A stretch of DNA of 64,000 nucleotides from Octopus vulgaris (lineage: Eukaryota). The stretch covers positions 44,082,001 to 44,146,000 of the forward strand of contig OX597835.1 of the NCBI GenBank assembly GCA_951406725.2, given 5' to 3'. Below, piece after piece: positions 12,620-28,285 of this stretch. Within the stretch, counting starts at the first letter, position 1. Each line of letters begins with the position of its first letter. The translations under genes and the position numbers were made by a program. A model generated the notes under the pieces. It was not told the origin of the DNA. It worked only from the letters and a program-made list of their open reading frames with translations, and searched no databases.

Positions 12620-13583
12620 CGGGTGTTGTGCCGTGTGCACCAATTACCACAGGAATAATTGTTGTCTCAGCCTTCCACAGTCTCTTCAGCTCTTCTGGCA
12701 CCATTCTAATAGGAATCAAAGTTCTGAATTTCCTCCACACTGATTCTTCCATCTAGGATCTTACACCGTTTATTTTGCCTCCTCTATCATCACATCTGGT
12801 CTCCTTGCTTCAGTAGTATTCTTTTTTTTTACTTCTGTTATTTTGATTTGATTTGTTTCAGTCATTTGACTGCGGCCATGCTGGAGCACCACCTTAAGGA
12901 GTTTTAGTCGTACAAATCGAGTCGAGGATTTATTCTTTGTAAACCCAGTACTCATTCTATCGAACAGCTAAGTTACGGGGACATAAACACATTAGCATCG
13001 GTTACCAAGCGATGGTGGTGGTGGATGTGGTAGTAGTGGCGGGTGGGGGACAAACATATCAGACACAAGCACACAAATATATCCAACAAAATAATGCTTT
13101 GCTACCTTCCTATATTTGCAGGTAAAGTCCGTCAGTATTATTTTTTTAGTGTGGTGTGCGCTGTGCTAGTTCTTCTACCCAAGCTCTGTAGCTTGGCCGT
13201 TTCTCCATTTCAGAAAGGGAGCAAAGTGTCTCAACACTGGCAAACTCCATGTATTCACTGCTTCCGTCGATTCAATTCCCTCCTGTACCCTACAGTAATT
13301 TCGCCTGACATTTCCCCTTCTGTTATCCTATCCTCTTGCACTAAACCTACGTATTTGTATCCTTCATGATTCCACTGCGATCCAACGGTGTTGTCTTCTA
13401 GTAAGTCGACGCCATCTCAGTTTACCTTTCGGCATCTCTTCTTAATTAGATCTGCGCACTTATTTACCCCAAACGTCATTCCAATATCTCGGCTGAATAC
13501 TCTTAGTGTTTGGACCAAAGAATCCGGGCCTTTCTCATGTTATATATAGCTTGAGGCCATCCATAAAAAAGTAGGTGTATTAC

Positions 13584-13585
<2 letters not shown>
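12620..13585 (-). pseudogene. Decayed R4/Dong-like non-LTR retrotransposon (RT + REL endonuclease fragments), interrupted by a SINE
   Basis: Minus-strand peptides HLL(F)MDGLKLY, VQTLRVFSRDIGMTFGVNKCA, GYKYVG and AVNTWSLPVLR, then RRPDVMI and ELKRLWKAETTIIPVVIGAHGT. Confidence 0.75.
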
Positions 13586-13659
<74 letters not shown>

Positions 13660-13990
13660 ATTGTTATTCTCGTGGGTGTTGTCCAGCAAAAGATCATTAC
13701 TGAAGCCATCATTTCTGCATAACAATCCCGACTTCACCACATCCTTACCGCCAAATCCAAAACCACTGCAGTTTCCTCAACCATCATGGTGTATTTCCTC
13801 CTCCTCCTCCTCCTCCTCCTCCTCCTCCTCATCATCATCATCACCTTGTTGTTGTTGTTATTCTTCTTCTTCTTCTTCTTCTTCTTCTTCTTCTTCTTCT
13901 TCTTCTTCTTCAACTAATCTTTTTGTCTTCAACCTAATTCATCTGCTTTTTCTACAATTACCACCACCACCACAACCACCACTACCACTA

Positions 13991-14088
<98 letters not shown>

Positions 14089-14174
14089 CAGCGTTGTCCA
14101 AAGCAGCAACTTCTAAACCCCCTATGCGAATTTCTAAAGTACCATCAGGGAAATTACTTTGAATAATAATAATG

Positions 14175-14205
<31 letters not shown>

Positions 14206-14483
14206 TAATAAATAGATAAATAAATAAATAAATAAAATATAAAGCACAGACAATCAAGAGAAGCGAAGATATTTTCGAGCGGCTACTTTGGTAGAGCGAC
14301 AGGGCACTTAAGTGGATATCAACCCGGATAACATTAAACCTCCAACCTTAAACCTCTGGACTCGGAAGAGAAAAACCAGCAGCTTTCCTACGAATGAAAC
14401 TTGGCTTATTCTTCTTTCAATACTCGTCGAAGTCGTCGCCATCGATTCCTGCTGCTGGTGCTGCTGTTGTTGTTGCTGCTGTT

Positions 14484-14565
<82 letters not shown>

Positions 14566-14668
14566 GCTGCTTCTTCTTCTTTCTCCTTGTTCATGTCCTA
14601 GTTCTTGTTATTGTTCTTTTTCTTCCATTTTTCCTTCTTTCCTTCTTCTTCTTCTTCTTCTTCTTCTT

Positions 14669-14707
<39 letters not shown>

Positions 14708-14829
14708 TGTTTCCTCCTTCTTCCTTGTTTCCTCCTCCTCCTTCTTCTTTCTTCCCGCCTCCCTCTTCTTATTTGTTACCTCCCACTCATCCTCCTCCTC
14801 CTCCTCCTCCCCCTCCTCCGCCTCGTTGT

Positions 14830-14866
<37 letters not shown>

Positions 14867-14930
14867 CATCTTTCTCTTCATCTTCTTCTTTATCTTCTTC
14901 ATCTTGTTCTTGTTGTTGTTCTTCTTCCGT
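13583..14930. repeat. Compound trinucleotide microsatellite fields (ATT/GTT/CTC/CTT/ACT/GCT)
   Basis: Direct reading. Confidence 0.9.
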
Positions 14931-15029
14931 CTTCTCATACGTTTTTGCTAACGAAGATAAACTTTTGTTTTCGTTCTCAATTTTTAAACTTTATTTAACA
15001 TGAAAACTAGATGCAAACGAATAAACGCA

Positions 15030-15061
<32 letters not shown>

Positions 15062-15314
15062 ACACACACACGCACACACACACACACACACTCTCTCTCT
15101 CTCTTACACACAAATATATACGTGGGGGATACATAAACACGGTCTTCCATCCAGATTTCGTCAGCAAAATTCATTCATAAGACATTTGTTGCTCGTGAGA
15201 AATGCTTTGTGAAGACGCTTACCAAGGAAGCTGCGCAGTGAGACCGAACACAAAACCGAGAGGGTGTAAAGGGAGCTTCTTAACCACACAACCATCCCCG
15301 TGTCTATATCTTTT

Positions 15315-15511
15315 CCTTTTTTACTTGTTTCAGTCATTTGACTGTGACCATGCTGGAGCACTGCCTTTAGTCGAACAAATCGACTCCAGGAATTGTTCTT
15401 TGTAAGCCTAGTACTTATTCTATCGGTCTCTTTTGCCGAACCGCTAAATTACGGGGACGTAAACACACCAGCATCGGTTCTTAAGCAATGTTAGGGGGAC
15501 AAACACAGAAA

Positions 15512-15561
<50 letters not shown>

Positions 15562-15562
15562 G

Positions 15563-15614
<52 letters not shown>

Positions 15615-15788
15615 CATATATACGACGGGGATTCTTTCAGTTTCCGTCTACCAAATCCACTCACAAGGCTTTGGTCGGCCCGAGGCTATAGTAGAAGACA
15701 CTTACACAAGGTGCCACGCAGTGGGACTGAACCCGTAACTATGTGGTTGGTAAGCAAGCTACTTACCACACAGCCACTCCTACGCCTA
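15315..15788 (-). mobile_element. SINE family A, full length
   Basis: Reverse complement of the 8095-8495 consensus; a decayed 5' half lies next to it at ~15130-15300. Confidence 0.88.
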
Positions 15789-16378
15789 TCTGCTGAAGTA
15801 TCCTTAATAAATTGACTCAAATTAAACAAGAGTAATTAATCTGCATTGACCTGAGTTGTCACAACTCCGGTTAAAGATTATACAAAGAAACGCTGCTTGT
15901 CAGACAAATCTATTCAGCTGGATTGTCCGTTGACATCCAGGTTTCATTCCTTTCATGAATATTTATTAAAGAGGGGATATACTTTTGAGACGGTTATCCT
16001 CGCAAGGGAAGCTCCTCCATATTTTCTTCACCCCTGACACTAATTATGCTTTAGAATAAAGCTAATATTTTGCGAAAGCCTCAGACCACAAAAGGGTTGT
16101 CATTAAGCAAATATATATATATATTTGTGTGTGTGTGTATGTATGTATATATGTGTGTATGTGTGTGTATGCGTGAGCGTACACGGTACCTGTAAGTGTG
16201 TGTGTGTGTACTTTTAGTGTCTTTAGGTATTTATATACTTTCGTAACTAAGTCTATTTGTCTATTTTTCATATACCTCTACAAATATGTGTGTATATTTA
16301 TATTTTTACACATACGCACACACACACACGAATTGCTTTGTGGGTGTGTATGCTTATATATATCCTTGGTGTGTAACA

Positions 16379-16417
<39 letters not shown>

Positions 16418-16524
16418 ATATATATCTATCTAGCCTTCTGTGTATACATATATGTATATATATATATATATGTATATGTGTGTGTATGTGTGTGTGTGTG
16501 TGTAATATATATACATCTATGCGT

Positions 16525-16575
<51 letters not shown>

Positions 16576-17150
16576 CATAGATGTGTATATATATACATCT
16601 ATGTATATATATATACATACATCTTTGTATATCTATATATACATAGATGTGTATATACATATCTATGTATATATATATAAATACATGTATGTATATATAT
16701 ATATATTATATGTACGTATATGTGTATGTATATATATGTAAATATGTTTGGTGGTTTAAAAACAACCTTAGCTACGGGACATTCACTTAATTAGACATCG
16801 ACTTCTGGATATCGGAACGGCTTCGCTTATCTTCCGTTATCTTCCGACGATTTTGCGACCTCCAGCGATGGGGAGTAGAATTGATTGATGCTCACGGGAA
16901 ACGTCTGGTTTCATTCGTCTCATTAAAAACAAGAAAAAATTTAAAAAAAAGAAGAGACAAACATAGATATAAATATTTAAAGTTTTATCTTTTACTTATA
17001 TAAGATTAAAGGTATAATGTATCGCCATACCTAACCCCCGACGTCTCCTGTGTGTCTGTAGCGATTTTCAAACTAGCTCTAAGTGTGTTGTACCAATGAA
17101 ATGTTTAACGATGAAATGATTTCATCACTTGATGCGGTCACTTCGACTGT

Positions 17151-17220
17151 CGCCGTCCGTCGCCGTCCGTCGCCGTCCGTCGCCGTCCGTCGTCGTCCGT
17201 CGCCGTCCGTCGCCCTCCGT
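17151..17220 (+). repeat. GC-rich decamer minisatellite (CGCCGTCCGT)x7
   Basis: Seven consecutive 10-bp units with two single-base variants. Confidence 0.9.
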
Positions 17221-17380
17221 CGAGAACGTTTTCGTCAAAACTTCCTTTTACAGTCTCTCTGCGAAGTATATAACAACACACAATGGCGGCGAGCTTATTT
17301 TTATGAATTTGCTATGGGATTCGAAGTTTCTGTAGGAGCAGTTCCTCTTACCAGCAGTGTACGTGTGCCTGTATGTATAT

Positions 17381-17778
17381 ACTCTTTTACTTGTTTCAGT
17401 CATTTGACTGCGGCCATGCTGGAGCACCACCTTTAGTCGAGCAACTCGACCCCGGGACTTATTCTTTGTAAGCCCAGTACTTATTCTATCGGTCTCTTTT
17501 GCCGAACCGCTAAGTGACGGGAACGTAAACACACCAGCATCGGTTGTCAAGCAATGCTAGGGGGACAAACACAGACACACAAACACATACATATACATAT
17601 ATATACACATATATACGACAGGTTTCTTTCAGTTTCCGTCTACCAAATCCACTCACAAGGCTTTGGTCGGCCCGGGGCTATAGCAGAAGACACTTGCCCA
17701 AGATGCCACGCAGTGGGACTGAACCCGGAACCATGTGGTTGGTTAGCAAGCTACTTACCACACAGCCACTCCTGCGCC
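17381..17778 (-). mobile_element. SINE family A, full length
   Basis: Matches the family consensus end to end. Confidence 0.9.
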
Positions 17779-17981
17779 TATATGTACAGTATGTAATATA
17801 TGTATGCATGAAACCTCGCGGATCTATTTTTAGTGCTAGAGTAGACCACATCGTGGTCACTCTCTTATATTTATGTATAAAATGTGTCGTAATCCGGGTT
17901 TTTTATGCACTAAGCCACTTGGTGGTAAATGGATGTGCTATTAAATTAGTACCCAATTTTCTCACCCTTATCGGTTGTTTA

Positions 17982-18066
<85 letters not shown>

Positions 18067-18110
18067 TTAATCATAGTTATGTAGATGACCTTGCATTTGT
18101 TTGTTCTATA

Positions 18111-18141
<31 letters not shown>

Positions 18142-18557
18142 GTAAATAAATAAGTATATATACTCGTATATATGTATGTATAAATGTATGTATGTGTGTA
18201 TGCTTGTTTGTGTGTGTGTCTGTAAGTACGTATATATGTATATGTACACTATGTAATATATGAACGTATATATATACATAGTTAATCCAAACATGAAAAC
18301 AGAAAGAGAAAACACAACAACGCGAGGACGTGGAACAAATATAGTATTATTGGACGGTCAGGAAAGAAGGAAAGAAGAAGGGTTTATATATATATATAAA
18401 TGTATATATGTGTGTGTGTTTATGTGTGTGTGTGCGCGCGCATGTATCCGAAAGAACTTTGAGAAAAAAAATTATAATACTAAGAAAGTTAAGTGACGAC
18501 CAAAAATTTAGTACCTTGTTTTTAATTGGCAAAATATGACAATCCGTAAGTATGACA

Positions 18558-18592
<35 letters not shown>

Positions 18593-18683
18593 ATATATAC
18601 ACACACATATACATATATATATCTATAATAAATGAATATAATATAAATGTATATATATATATTTATATATATATATATGTATG

Positions 18684-18756
<73 letters not shown>

Positions 18757-18793
18757 TTGTATATATATATATATATATGTGTGTATATATACA

Positions 18794-18855
<62 letters not shown>

Positions 18856-19292
18856 TATATGAGAAAACTGAAAATGTGCTAGGGCGTATCTGATATCCAA
18901 ATATGTCAGCTGACGTCAGCTCATGACATAAAAATAAAAAGAAACGAAAAATACCAATAGATCTTATCCAACCGGTTTTATACCTAATTCGATTTTTTAC
19001 ACGATTACTAATATTCTCTATCAAGCTTCATACTGATTTCGCATAATTTCAAAAGTAATATACATACATGAATATATGAATTCATTTGTAAAAATAAGAA
19101 CACAACTGGATTAAAGGTTCACTGCAAATGGTTTCAGACGCGTTGGTGTTATTGAATAATTCAATTCTGTCGTGAAAAGACAGTTTTCTTCGGGTGAATT
19201 AAAAATCTAAAATGTGGTTCGGAGAAAAATACCAGGATGTGGAATGTGGCTGGAGACCTTCCCATTTCAGCATCCATTTATCACTCAGTATA

Positions 19293-19698
19293 GGCACAGG
19301 AGTGGCTGTGTGGTATGTAGCTTGTTTGCCCACCACATGGTTCCGGGTTCAGTCCCACTGCGTGGCACCTTGGGAAGGTGTCTACTACTATAGCCTCGGG
19401 CCGACCAAAGCCTTGTGAGTGGATTTGGTAGACGGAAACTGAAAGAAGCCCATCGTATATATGTATATATATGTATGCGTGTGTGTGTTTGTGTGTCTGT
19501 GTTTGTCCCCCTAGCATTGCTTGACAACCGATGCTCGTGTGTTTATGTCCCCGTTGCTTAGCGGTTCGGCAAAAGAGACCGATAGAATAAGTACTGGGCT
19601 TACAAAAGAATAAGTCCCGGGCTCGAGTTGCTCGATTAAAGGCGGTGCTCCAGCATGGCCGCAGTCAAATGACTGAAACAAGTAAAAGAGTTAAAGAG
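19293..19698 (+). mobile_element. SINE family A, full length
   Basis: Matches the family consensus end to end. Confidence 0.9.
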
Positions 19699-19702
19699 AG
19701 AG

Positions 19703-20116
19703 TGTACACAATATGAAGATTAGAGTTACTAATACTTTGAAGACACCTGTTTAGGCAGGTTTTTATAATACGCCTTGAGTTTCCGCGCAGTCTCCTGGCT
19801 CTGATCACATGGTCTTTTCTATTTAATAATAAGGACGCTGGTCCTTTCTTTTCGTTTCTTGTCTCTAATTATTCTTCTTTATTTTCTTTCCCTTTTCCAT
19901 TTCTACACAGGCTTTCACTTTTTACACCAACCTTTCTAACTTTTCGTTTTTCTCCTGATTTCTCATGTACCAACGTCCTGATGTTCGTATAGAACAGACC
20001 ATGTGTTCAGAGTCCGGAGATTGCTCTGAGACACAGAGCAAGTCATTAAAAACGTCTTAGACAGGAGTTTCACTGCAAGAAACTCGTAGTAACACCCATC
20101 TTTATACTGCGAACAT
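19703..20116. repeat. Old degenerate fold-back element
   Basis: ~140-bp arms are diverged reverse complements (e.g. ctctgatcacatggtcttttctat vs atagaacagaccatgtgttcagag) around a pyrimidine-rich spacer. Confidence 0.6.
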
Positions 20117-20289
20117 TAAACGATGTTCACCTCTCATGTGGCTGTGTAATAAGAAGCCTGCTTCTCAACCACATGGTTCCGGGTTCAGCCCCACAGCATG
20201 GTACCTTGGTCAAATGTCTTCTACTATAACCTCGGGCCGATCAATGCCTTGTGAGTGGATTTGGTAGACGGAATCTAAAAGAAGCCCGT

Positions 20290-20347
<58 letters not shown>

Positions 20348-20381
20348 TGTATGTATGTATGTATGTATGTGTGTGTGTGTG

Positions 20382-20461
<80 letters not shown>

Positions 20462-21143
20462 TGTACATATATATGGGGGTGTGTATATGTGTCTATCTAT
20501 GTATACCTCTCTCACTAAATATACATATATGTATTCATGTATGTATATACATATATACTGACATAAGTACACACACACATGCACACATATATGTACACAA
20601 ACATATGTATATGTGTATATGCTAATGCTTACACAACCATATAAACTCATATACACACATATACACACACATATATAAACAATATGGATAGATATATCTC
20701 CATATTCATATATCTAAATATATGTGTGTGTGTGTGTGTTCGTGTGTGTGTGTGTGTGCATGTTTGTATGCATGCGTCTTGTACGTCGTCTGCTTTATTT
20801 CATGAAACTGAGCAGACGACCGCTTTTGTTCCAGCAATTATTTTTCAGTCGGATAAGTTTGATTCTTTTTTATATTTCATCTAATTTTACGTCAAGGTGT
20901 GAATTGTCTGGCTTAAATTTCAATCACGTGTCTCTGCCGGCCATATTGAGCGTGTGACTGAATCTATAAGTGTTGCTGCTGACACATATACATATGCGTG
21001 TGTCTCTGTGTGTATGTGTGTGCCTGTCTTTGTATTTTCGTGGGTGCTCAAATGTATTTTGTGTACGTGCGAAAAGTAATGTCGGAGTGTGTATATGCGA
21101 TGGAGAGTGTATGTACTTCTGTTGTGCATCCGTGTATGTGTGT

Positions 21144-21224
<81 letters not shown>

Positions 21225-21590
21225 AATGCATCTTTCAATCATATGAAAGAATACAAATGAAACGTTGGAAAAATGTGATCCGAGACGTATGTATGTGATA
21301 TAACAAAAGAAAGATTGACGGGATTGTCACGGCTGGAAAGAATTTTGCCTATAGGAGTGCTGGATCAAAAACAATTACAACAACAACAACGACAACAGCA
21401 ACAATAACAATGACAACAACAACATCAGCAGTAACAACAAGAAGAGTAGCAATAGTTTCTGGTAGGGAACCGACGACCTGTCCTTTTTGTGGTCGCTCGA
21501 ATTCCTAGAAATAGTCACCAAATCTCACTAAAATCACAGAAAAGAGTCTCGAAAAAATAAATACAAATAAAAAACCAATAATAAGTAAAT

Positions 21591-22082
21591 TATTGTTATA
21601 TTTCGGAATGGTCATTTTGCCAGTTTAGCCAATAAAACACACGCACTATATATTTGGTGTTATTTTGCTTCAGTGTTATTTAGTTTTAACATTAATCTTA
21701 ATCTTATTTCGGCCAGATTCTTTCGTCACACTCCTGTGACCGCATATGTGGTCCTTTGTTTTCTTCTTTCTTATTTGTGTCTCTCCTTACTAACTGTCAG
21801 CCATTATGTATTTCTATTTTATAGAAATTTCTATTGTATAGAAAGTTCTATTGTATAGAAATACAAAATGGCTGACGGTTAGTAAGGAGAGACACAAATA
21901 AGAAAGAAGAAAACAAAGGACCACTGATGCGGTCACAGGAGTGTGACGAAAGAACTCTGGTCGAAATAAGATTAAGATTAATGTAAAAAATAAATAACAC
22001 TGAAGCAAAATAACACCAAATATATAGTGCGTGTGTTTTATTGGCTAAACTGGCAAACTGACCATTCCGAAATACAACAATA
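21591..22082. mobile_element. Fold-back element: two inverted copies of the Naiad pseudo-LTR
   Basis: Arms ~21591-21817 and ~21855-22082 are reverse complements, and both match 6088-6265. Confidence 0.85.
21919..21962 (+). ncRNA. Minimal hammerhead motif (A9C variant)
   Basis: gacca-CTGATGC-G-GTCACA-ggag-TGTGAC-GAAA-gaa-CTC-tggtc; perfect 5-bp stem I and CUC triplet. Confidence 0.72.
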
Positions 22083-22329
22083 TCTGTTTCAACACACGAC
22101 TTCACATAAAAAATCTTGCTCAACAAATAAATAAGTAAATTAAAACAAGAATACAATGAAACAGAATAAAACAAGAAATAGGAACATCTTATTGATTAAA
22201 GTGATCCACGATGCAACGTATCAAAACAGAACAGTATAAGACGGTATAGTCATGGCTGGATTGTCTTTTGCTTCTCATTATAGGTTTGTTTCATCGAGGC
22301 TAATGTAATGCTAGACGGCGGCTAGAGAA

Positions 22330-24360
<2,031 letters not shown>

Positions 24361-26830
24361 AGGAAGTGAGCGAGACAAAAATAGGATGAAAAGGGAAAGA
24401 AGGAAAGAAGAAAAGACGAGGAATAAATAAAAAGATGAAAAAGAGAAAGAGGACGAAAAAGTAGAAGAATGAGAACATGATGGAGAAGTAGAAGAAGCAG
24501 GAAAAAAGGAAAAAGGTAAGGAAGACGAGAGGCAATAACAACAACAACATCAACAACAAAAGAGATTGAAGTGAAGAATTTAGAGGAAAGAGAAAAAGCG
24601 AAAACTGGAAAAGAAGAAAAATAAATGAAAAATAGGTTAAAAGAAAATGAAAATGTGTAAAAAGTTAAGAAAGAAAGAGATTGAAAGAAGAATAATTAAA
24701 ATGAAAGAAATAAAAAGGAAGAATAAAACGCGGATATAAAGCAGCGAGAGTGAAAGAGAGAGAAGGAGAAAGGGAGAGAGTGAGAGAGAGAGAGAAAGTG
24801 AGAGAAAAGCAAGCGAAATAGACTTCACCGTCAACACCACAACGATCACCTCCAACATTAATAATGGTCTTAAGTTTTAGCACAAAGCCAGCAATTTCTG
24901 AGTAGGGGGTGGTGGTGGTAAATGAATTACATACCCCCTCCCCAAGTATTCAACTGGTACTTATTTCATCGATCTCCTGAACGGATAAATTGCGAAAATG
25001 ACTTCTTCGGTATTTGAACTCAGAACGCAAGAACGGACGAAATTAATAATGGCATTAATAAGGGTTTCTAATTTTAGCACAAGGCCAACAGTTTTGGGGC
25101 AATGGGTGAACCGATTCTGTCGATCTCAATGTTCAACAGATACTTACTTTATCGACCCCGAAAGGGTTGGAAACACCACCATAACTGATCCTTTCTATTC
25201 AAGATTATAAGATCTGAAATTTTAGTAGCAGGGACTTGATTTGTCGGCATTCCCTACACCTGACGTCACCTTGTAGCGTCTGTTTGGCTGGTCGTTACTT
25301 TTCGTCGCCTTTTACGACATGCAAAGGAAACGCTGGGCCAATTCTTTAGCATGCCGGATTCCCCCACAACAGAAAGTTGTTCGGTCAACTAAATCAGCAG
25401 CTTATAGAACTGATGCGAATGAGGCCGAGTACTTCCATATAATGTATGTCCTTAGTATAATTCTCAAAGTAGAATACTCGTAGTATAATGTATAAAGTTC
25501 ACTTAGCGTATCTCTGTATAGTTTAAGTTTGCCTGAACACAGTTCCGAGGCAATAGAAAAATTTATTTGCTCAAGATATCATGCAGTCGGATCGAATCCC
25601 AAACCTTGTGGTTGCGAAGCGAAACTCCTTAACGTTCGAACCTTAATATGCTTGAATCAAATAACAATAATAGATGCAGCTAATAGTGTTCCTTTACAGG
25701 TAGAAGGAATAGTTAAACGCGGGGCTTGTCCGAGCTGATGGAAATACCGTGCTCCCACGAGGTTGATCATGTAACCCACAAGAAAAAAACAGGTCAGTCT
25801 CTCTCAAATCACACTTCATTGTCTTAAGTAAAAAAGCAGAGTGACATTGGATAATATTTTCCAACCACAGTGTATCCGCAAAAAAAAACCCCAAAATGGT
25901 GGTCAGGTTGGAACACATGATCATAAATAAACTTAACTCTGTGCTTATATCTTATTTCGAATTCTAGTATAATGCCAGTCTATAATTCTACCATTAATCC
26001 TGTTTGAATGTCATGATCTATGTGTTTCTGAAATGGTTCTAATGAACAACTAATTGCCAGAGCGAAGAATTTCTCAGCTGGCAGCGTTTTATGTTTCCAA
26101 AAGATTAATGTTGATTGGACAGGATTTAAGAAGACGAAACATATTATATTACTGCCGACATATTTAAATTACAGAAATAAAGAGGAGCAAAGCTGGACCG
26201 CGTGGGTGAATGTTTGCCCTAGACATTAGATTACAGTTCTGAGTTCATAAGGATCTACTTAGATACAGTATTAGATCTTAATGAAATAAATCTCAGGATA
26301 ATGATTCTGTAGCCAGATACTAGATTAAATTAAACTACCGAATTTTCCTTTAAACTTTCAGTGGGGTCTTTATGAGTTTACAGAGCTTCTGAGACTGCTG
26401 TAAAGGAAAGAGGAAGGTATCTTAAACCGCAGGCCTGGTTGGATGATTGCAAGAGAACGCTCTCCGCCAAATGCTGGCGCTCAACTAAACTAAGAGATGG
26501 ATTAAGCTTACCACTCATGTAGACACCTACAGCAAGATTTGGACTCAGAACCCAAGGATCCAGAACAAATACCGCAAGGTATCCAGGCCGAAGTTCTTAC
26601 AGTTCAGCGGATCAATCACATGAGTTTGATAGATTTTCCATTAAATTCGAAAAAGCTGAAATCAGTAAGATTTGAAAAAAGGCGCGCAGAAAGCCGGAAT
26701 AATTATCGGCAGGAATTATATTTGATATTTTAAGAATAGAATCTAATGGTTAAAAAAAGGAAAGGATTTTCTTAGGATTGTGCATTATGCCAATTGGAAT
26801 CGAAAATGAATATTGAAGACGAAGATATTT

Positions 26831-26996
26831 GTACATTATTTACATTATTTACAATTGACGGATATTTGTCCTCATCTTGTTTGTTGTTAACACAACGTTT
26901 CGGCTGATATACCCTCCAGCCTTCATCAAATATCCGTCAATTGTAAATGATGTAAATAATGTACGTAATTCCTCATCTCTTAAATATAGAACTGTA
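26831..26996. mobile_element. Fold-back PLE-derived element with hammerhead motif
   Basis: 38-bp inverted arms (26831-26868 / 26927-26964) flank a minus-strand TTGATGA-A-GGCTG-N10-CAGCC-GAAAC-GTT motif (26891-26929). Confidence 0.75.
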
Positions 26997-27699
26997 AGGT
27001 ATTTGTAGACAGAAATAAACTCAGATAAACTCAAATAAACTGCTGTTGTGAATCTGTTTTGATGGGGAAATCTGTGTTGAATATTGTTACTTCCCATGCA
27101 TTTCCTTTGATCCCGAGATGTATTTGATGCCACAGCCGTAAGCAAATGAAACATCAGTTAATAAAACAACTTTATCACTATTTCTAACACTTGATCTCTT
27201 CTACTGTCCAAAAGAAATTTACTTACAAACAAATAAAGTGGTCCAACATAGAAATAACTGGATGGTTACGAACGAAATATCTTTTAATAATATGCATTAT
27301 GAATCAGAGCTAATCTAAAGGAAATGTAAGGGAAATGTTTCTTATATAAGTGCACAACAAGAGAAAATTTGGAGTATTTGACAGATACGTTATTTCATCG
27401 AATATAGAAGTATGGAATGCAAAGTCAACCCCGGCGAGATTTGATCACAGAACATAAAGATCCGTAACTAAATACTACAAATCGTTTTGTTTGACGTTCG
27501 TCAGACACGTCAAGATCCACCTTCTATAACACCTTCTGGCACACAAGCCAAGAAATTTGACCGGTGGCTAAGATTTGCTATTCATTTGTCTCCAGTAGTT
27601 GATTGATATTTTCACAACATCGACTGCAAAGAATTGCGACAGATTTGAAGTCGGGAAGTAAAAGAAACTTAACAAATATTGGTATCAAATTTTGGCACA

Positions 27700-28285
27700 A
27701 GGCAAGGAATTTCAGGGGTGGGGTTGTTTGATTACATCGACTCCTGTGCTCAAGGGGTACTTAATTCATCGAGTCCGAAACGACGAAAGGCAAAGTCGAC
27801 CTAAGCGAAATTTGAATTCAGAACCTAAGGACGGACGAAATCCCGCTAAACATTTTATCCGGCGTGCTAACGTTTCTTATTTCTTTACTGCCCACAAGGG
27901 GCTAAACACAGAGGGGACAAACAAGGACAGACAAAGGGATTAAGTCGATTACATCGACCCCAGTGCGTAATTAGTACTTAATTTATCGACCCCGAAAGGA
28001 TGAAAGGCAAAGTCGACCTGGGCGGAATTTGAACTCAGAACATGAAGTAAGACGAAATACTTATTTCTTTATTAACCACAAGGGGCTAAACACTAAGGGG
28101 AAAACAAGGACAGACAAACGGATTAAGTCGATTACATCGACCCTAGTGCGTAAATGGTACTTAATTTATCGACCCCGAAAGGATAAAAGGCAAAGTCGAC
28201 CTCGGCGGAATTTGAACTCAGAACGTAACGGCAGACGAAATACGGCTACGCCTTTCGCCCGGCGTGCTAACGTTTCTGCCAGCTA
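27700..28285 (-). mobile_element. Cluster of three SINE family B copies
   Basis: Three successive reverse-complement copies (~27700-27875, 27876-28060, 28060-28285). Older copies are at ~1400-1610, 9737-9950, 10700-10862, 11890-12610, 24870-25200, 56600-56800 and 57220-57420. Confidence 0.85.

Noticed and set aside
17130-17141. tgatgcggtcac identical to the Naiad HHR core
   Set aside because: Only a 12-bp match, with no complementary stem II strand or GAAA following.
17151-17220. Regular short repeats as a CRISPR-like array
   Set aside because: No spacers and a eukaryotic context; it is a simple minisatellite.
18908-18921. 14-bp palindrome agctgacgtcagct containing a CRE site
   Set aside because: Isolated motif with no promoter context; it may be part of a repeat.
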